A DNA stretch of 64,000 nucleotides from Hydrolagus affinis. Lineage: Eukaryota. This document shows, piece by piece, positions 63,025 through 64,000 of the stretch. Each line of letters begins with the position of its first letter. Within the stretch, counting starts at the first letter, position 1. Location of the stretch: assembly GCA_012026655.1 (NCBI GenBank), contig JAAILG010000271.1:1-64000 (forward strand). Reading direction: 5' to 3'. The position numbers and the translations under genes are program-made. The notes under the pieces are model-generated. The model was not told the DNA's origin. It saw only the letters and a list, made by a program, of their open reading frames with translations, and did not search any database.

Positions 63025-64000
63025 GGCTAGAGCCAAAGCTTGCACACTCCAGCTGGTTCATTGGGGGTACTGCTAAAGTTTGACCAGATAAAATTGCATA
63101 GCTTGATATTGGAAGCACTGTCTAATGAGCATCCAGTCTGTTTGTCCAGCTAAAACTATCCTATCCAACAGGAACTGACTGAGAAGATTCCTGCCCTAGT
63201 ATCTATCTATTTCTCTTTTAAATATGTTTTAAGAGTTTAATTGTCATTGCAGTGTTTGATCACATTTTAATCTGTGGTATGCCTGTAAGTGGTTTGGCTT
63301 TGAAAGTAACTTCTAAGGAATTTAAACTGATCAATGATCTTTGGGGGGTAGTAACTGATGTCACTATCTTATGCCTGGAGCAAGAGACTGTGAATTGAGA
63401 ACTCATGATTCAGATTGGCAAACTATAATTGCTGAAATTTTAAGAGTGGCAGCTCAACAACCATGGACTGAACTTTGGAAGATTAAAAAACTGATTGTTG
63501 CTACTACAGGGAAAATAAATGGTTAAATTGACCAGGGAGATGAAACGAGAAGAAAGTGAGAACCAGACTGATCAGAGAACACTGAAGTCTGAAGTATGAA
63601 ATAATTGGCAAAGCCTCTAAACAGAAACTACATGCAGCAGAAAGGCAGCCATAAAAAAAGGACAGGAGATAGGATGTGAACATGAGTTATTGGAATCTGA
63701 ACAAAGTAAGGCTTAACAAAGAAAGGCTTAACATCTGTGGCAGAAGAAGTGAGGGGGTAGTTGCAGGCCACTGGAGAGATTCCTCAGAAGAAGTTTTGAT
63801 ACATTGGTCACACAAACTCAGCAGTAATCCAGAAACCAGCAGATATCACAGTCCAGGCATATTTCGTTAGCGCTGTGAGATTCAGAAAGAGATACCATGG
63901 AAATTGTTCTTTCCTCTGGCATTGGCAGTCTTTGCACAGGGACAGAATGGTTAATCCACAATCAAGTAGTACTGACAATGGGAAATAACCATGGGACAAC

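Noticed and set aside
1-64000. CRISPR array, prokaryotic operon or defence system
   Set aside because: No regularly spaced repeat-spacer array and no gene-dense ORFs. The recurring hairpins are dispersed LINE/SINE tails.

Overview
Eukaryotic, AT-rich vertebrate DNA that is intronic or intergenic. The repeat content points to a cartilaginous fish, probably a chimaera/elephant-shark-type genome (inference): L2 LINEs with (GTT)n tails, CR1 LINEs with (ATTCTATG)n tails, tRNA-derived SINEs with L2-type 3' stem-loops, and DeuSINEs. No intact protein-coding gene, true tRNA/rRNA gene, CRISPR array or prokaryotic feature is supported. The ORFs in the track with recognisable protein motifs are decayed L2/CR1 reverse-transcriptase fragments or one Harbinger remnant, and the rest look like chance frames or span N gaps. 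The window contains several L2 copies (two young sibling copies at 15472-16990 and 55031-56069), one long CR1 split by an L2, many SINEs, three related pogo/Tigger-type MITEs, two hAT MITEs, a Harbinger transposase fossil and two 100-N gaps. I do not see a clear new gene system. The most interesting signals concern retrotransposition mechanism: about 60-nt stem-loop-only L2 insertions, twin-priming-type 5' inversions in CR1 and L2, SINE-head/L2 chimeras, compensatory changes in the shared 3' stem-loop, and a palindromic MITE. There are also several TE-free, CNE-like blocks and a few weak exon candidates. All family calls were made by eye without database searches, and boundaries of old repeats are approximate.
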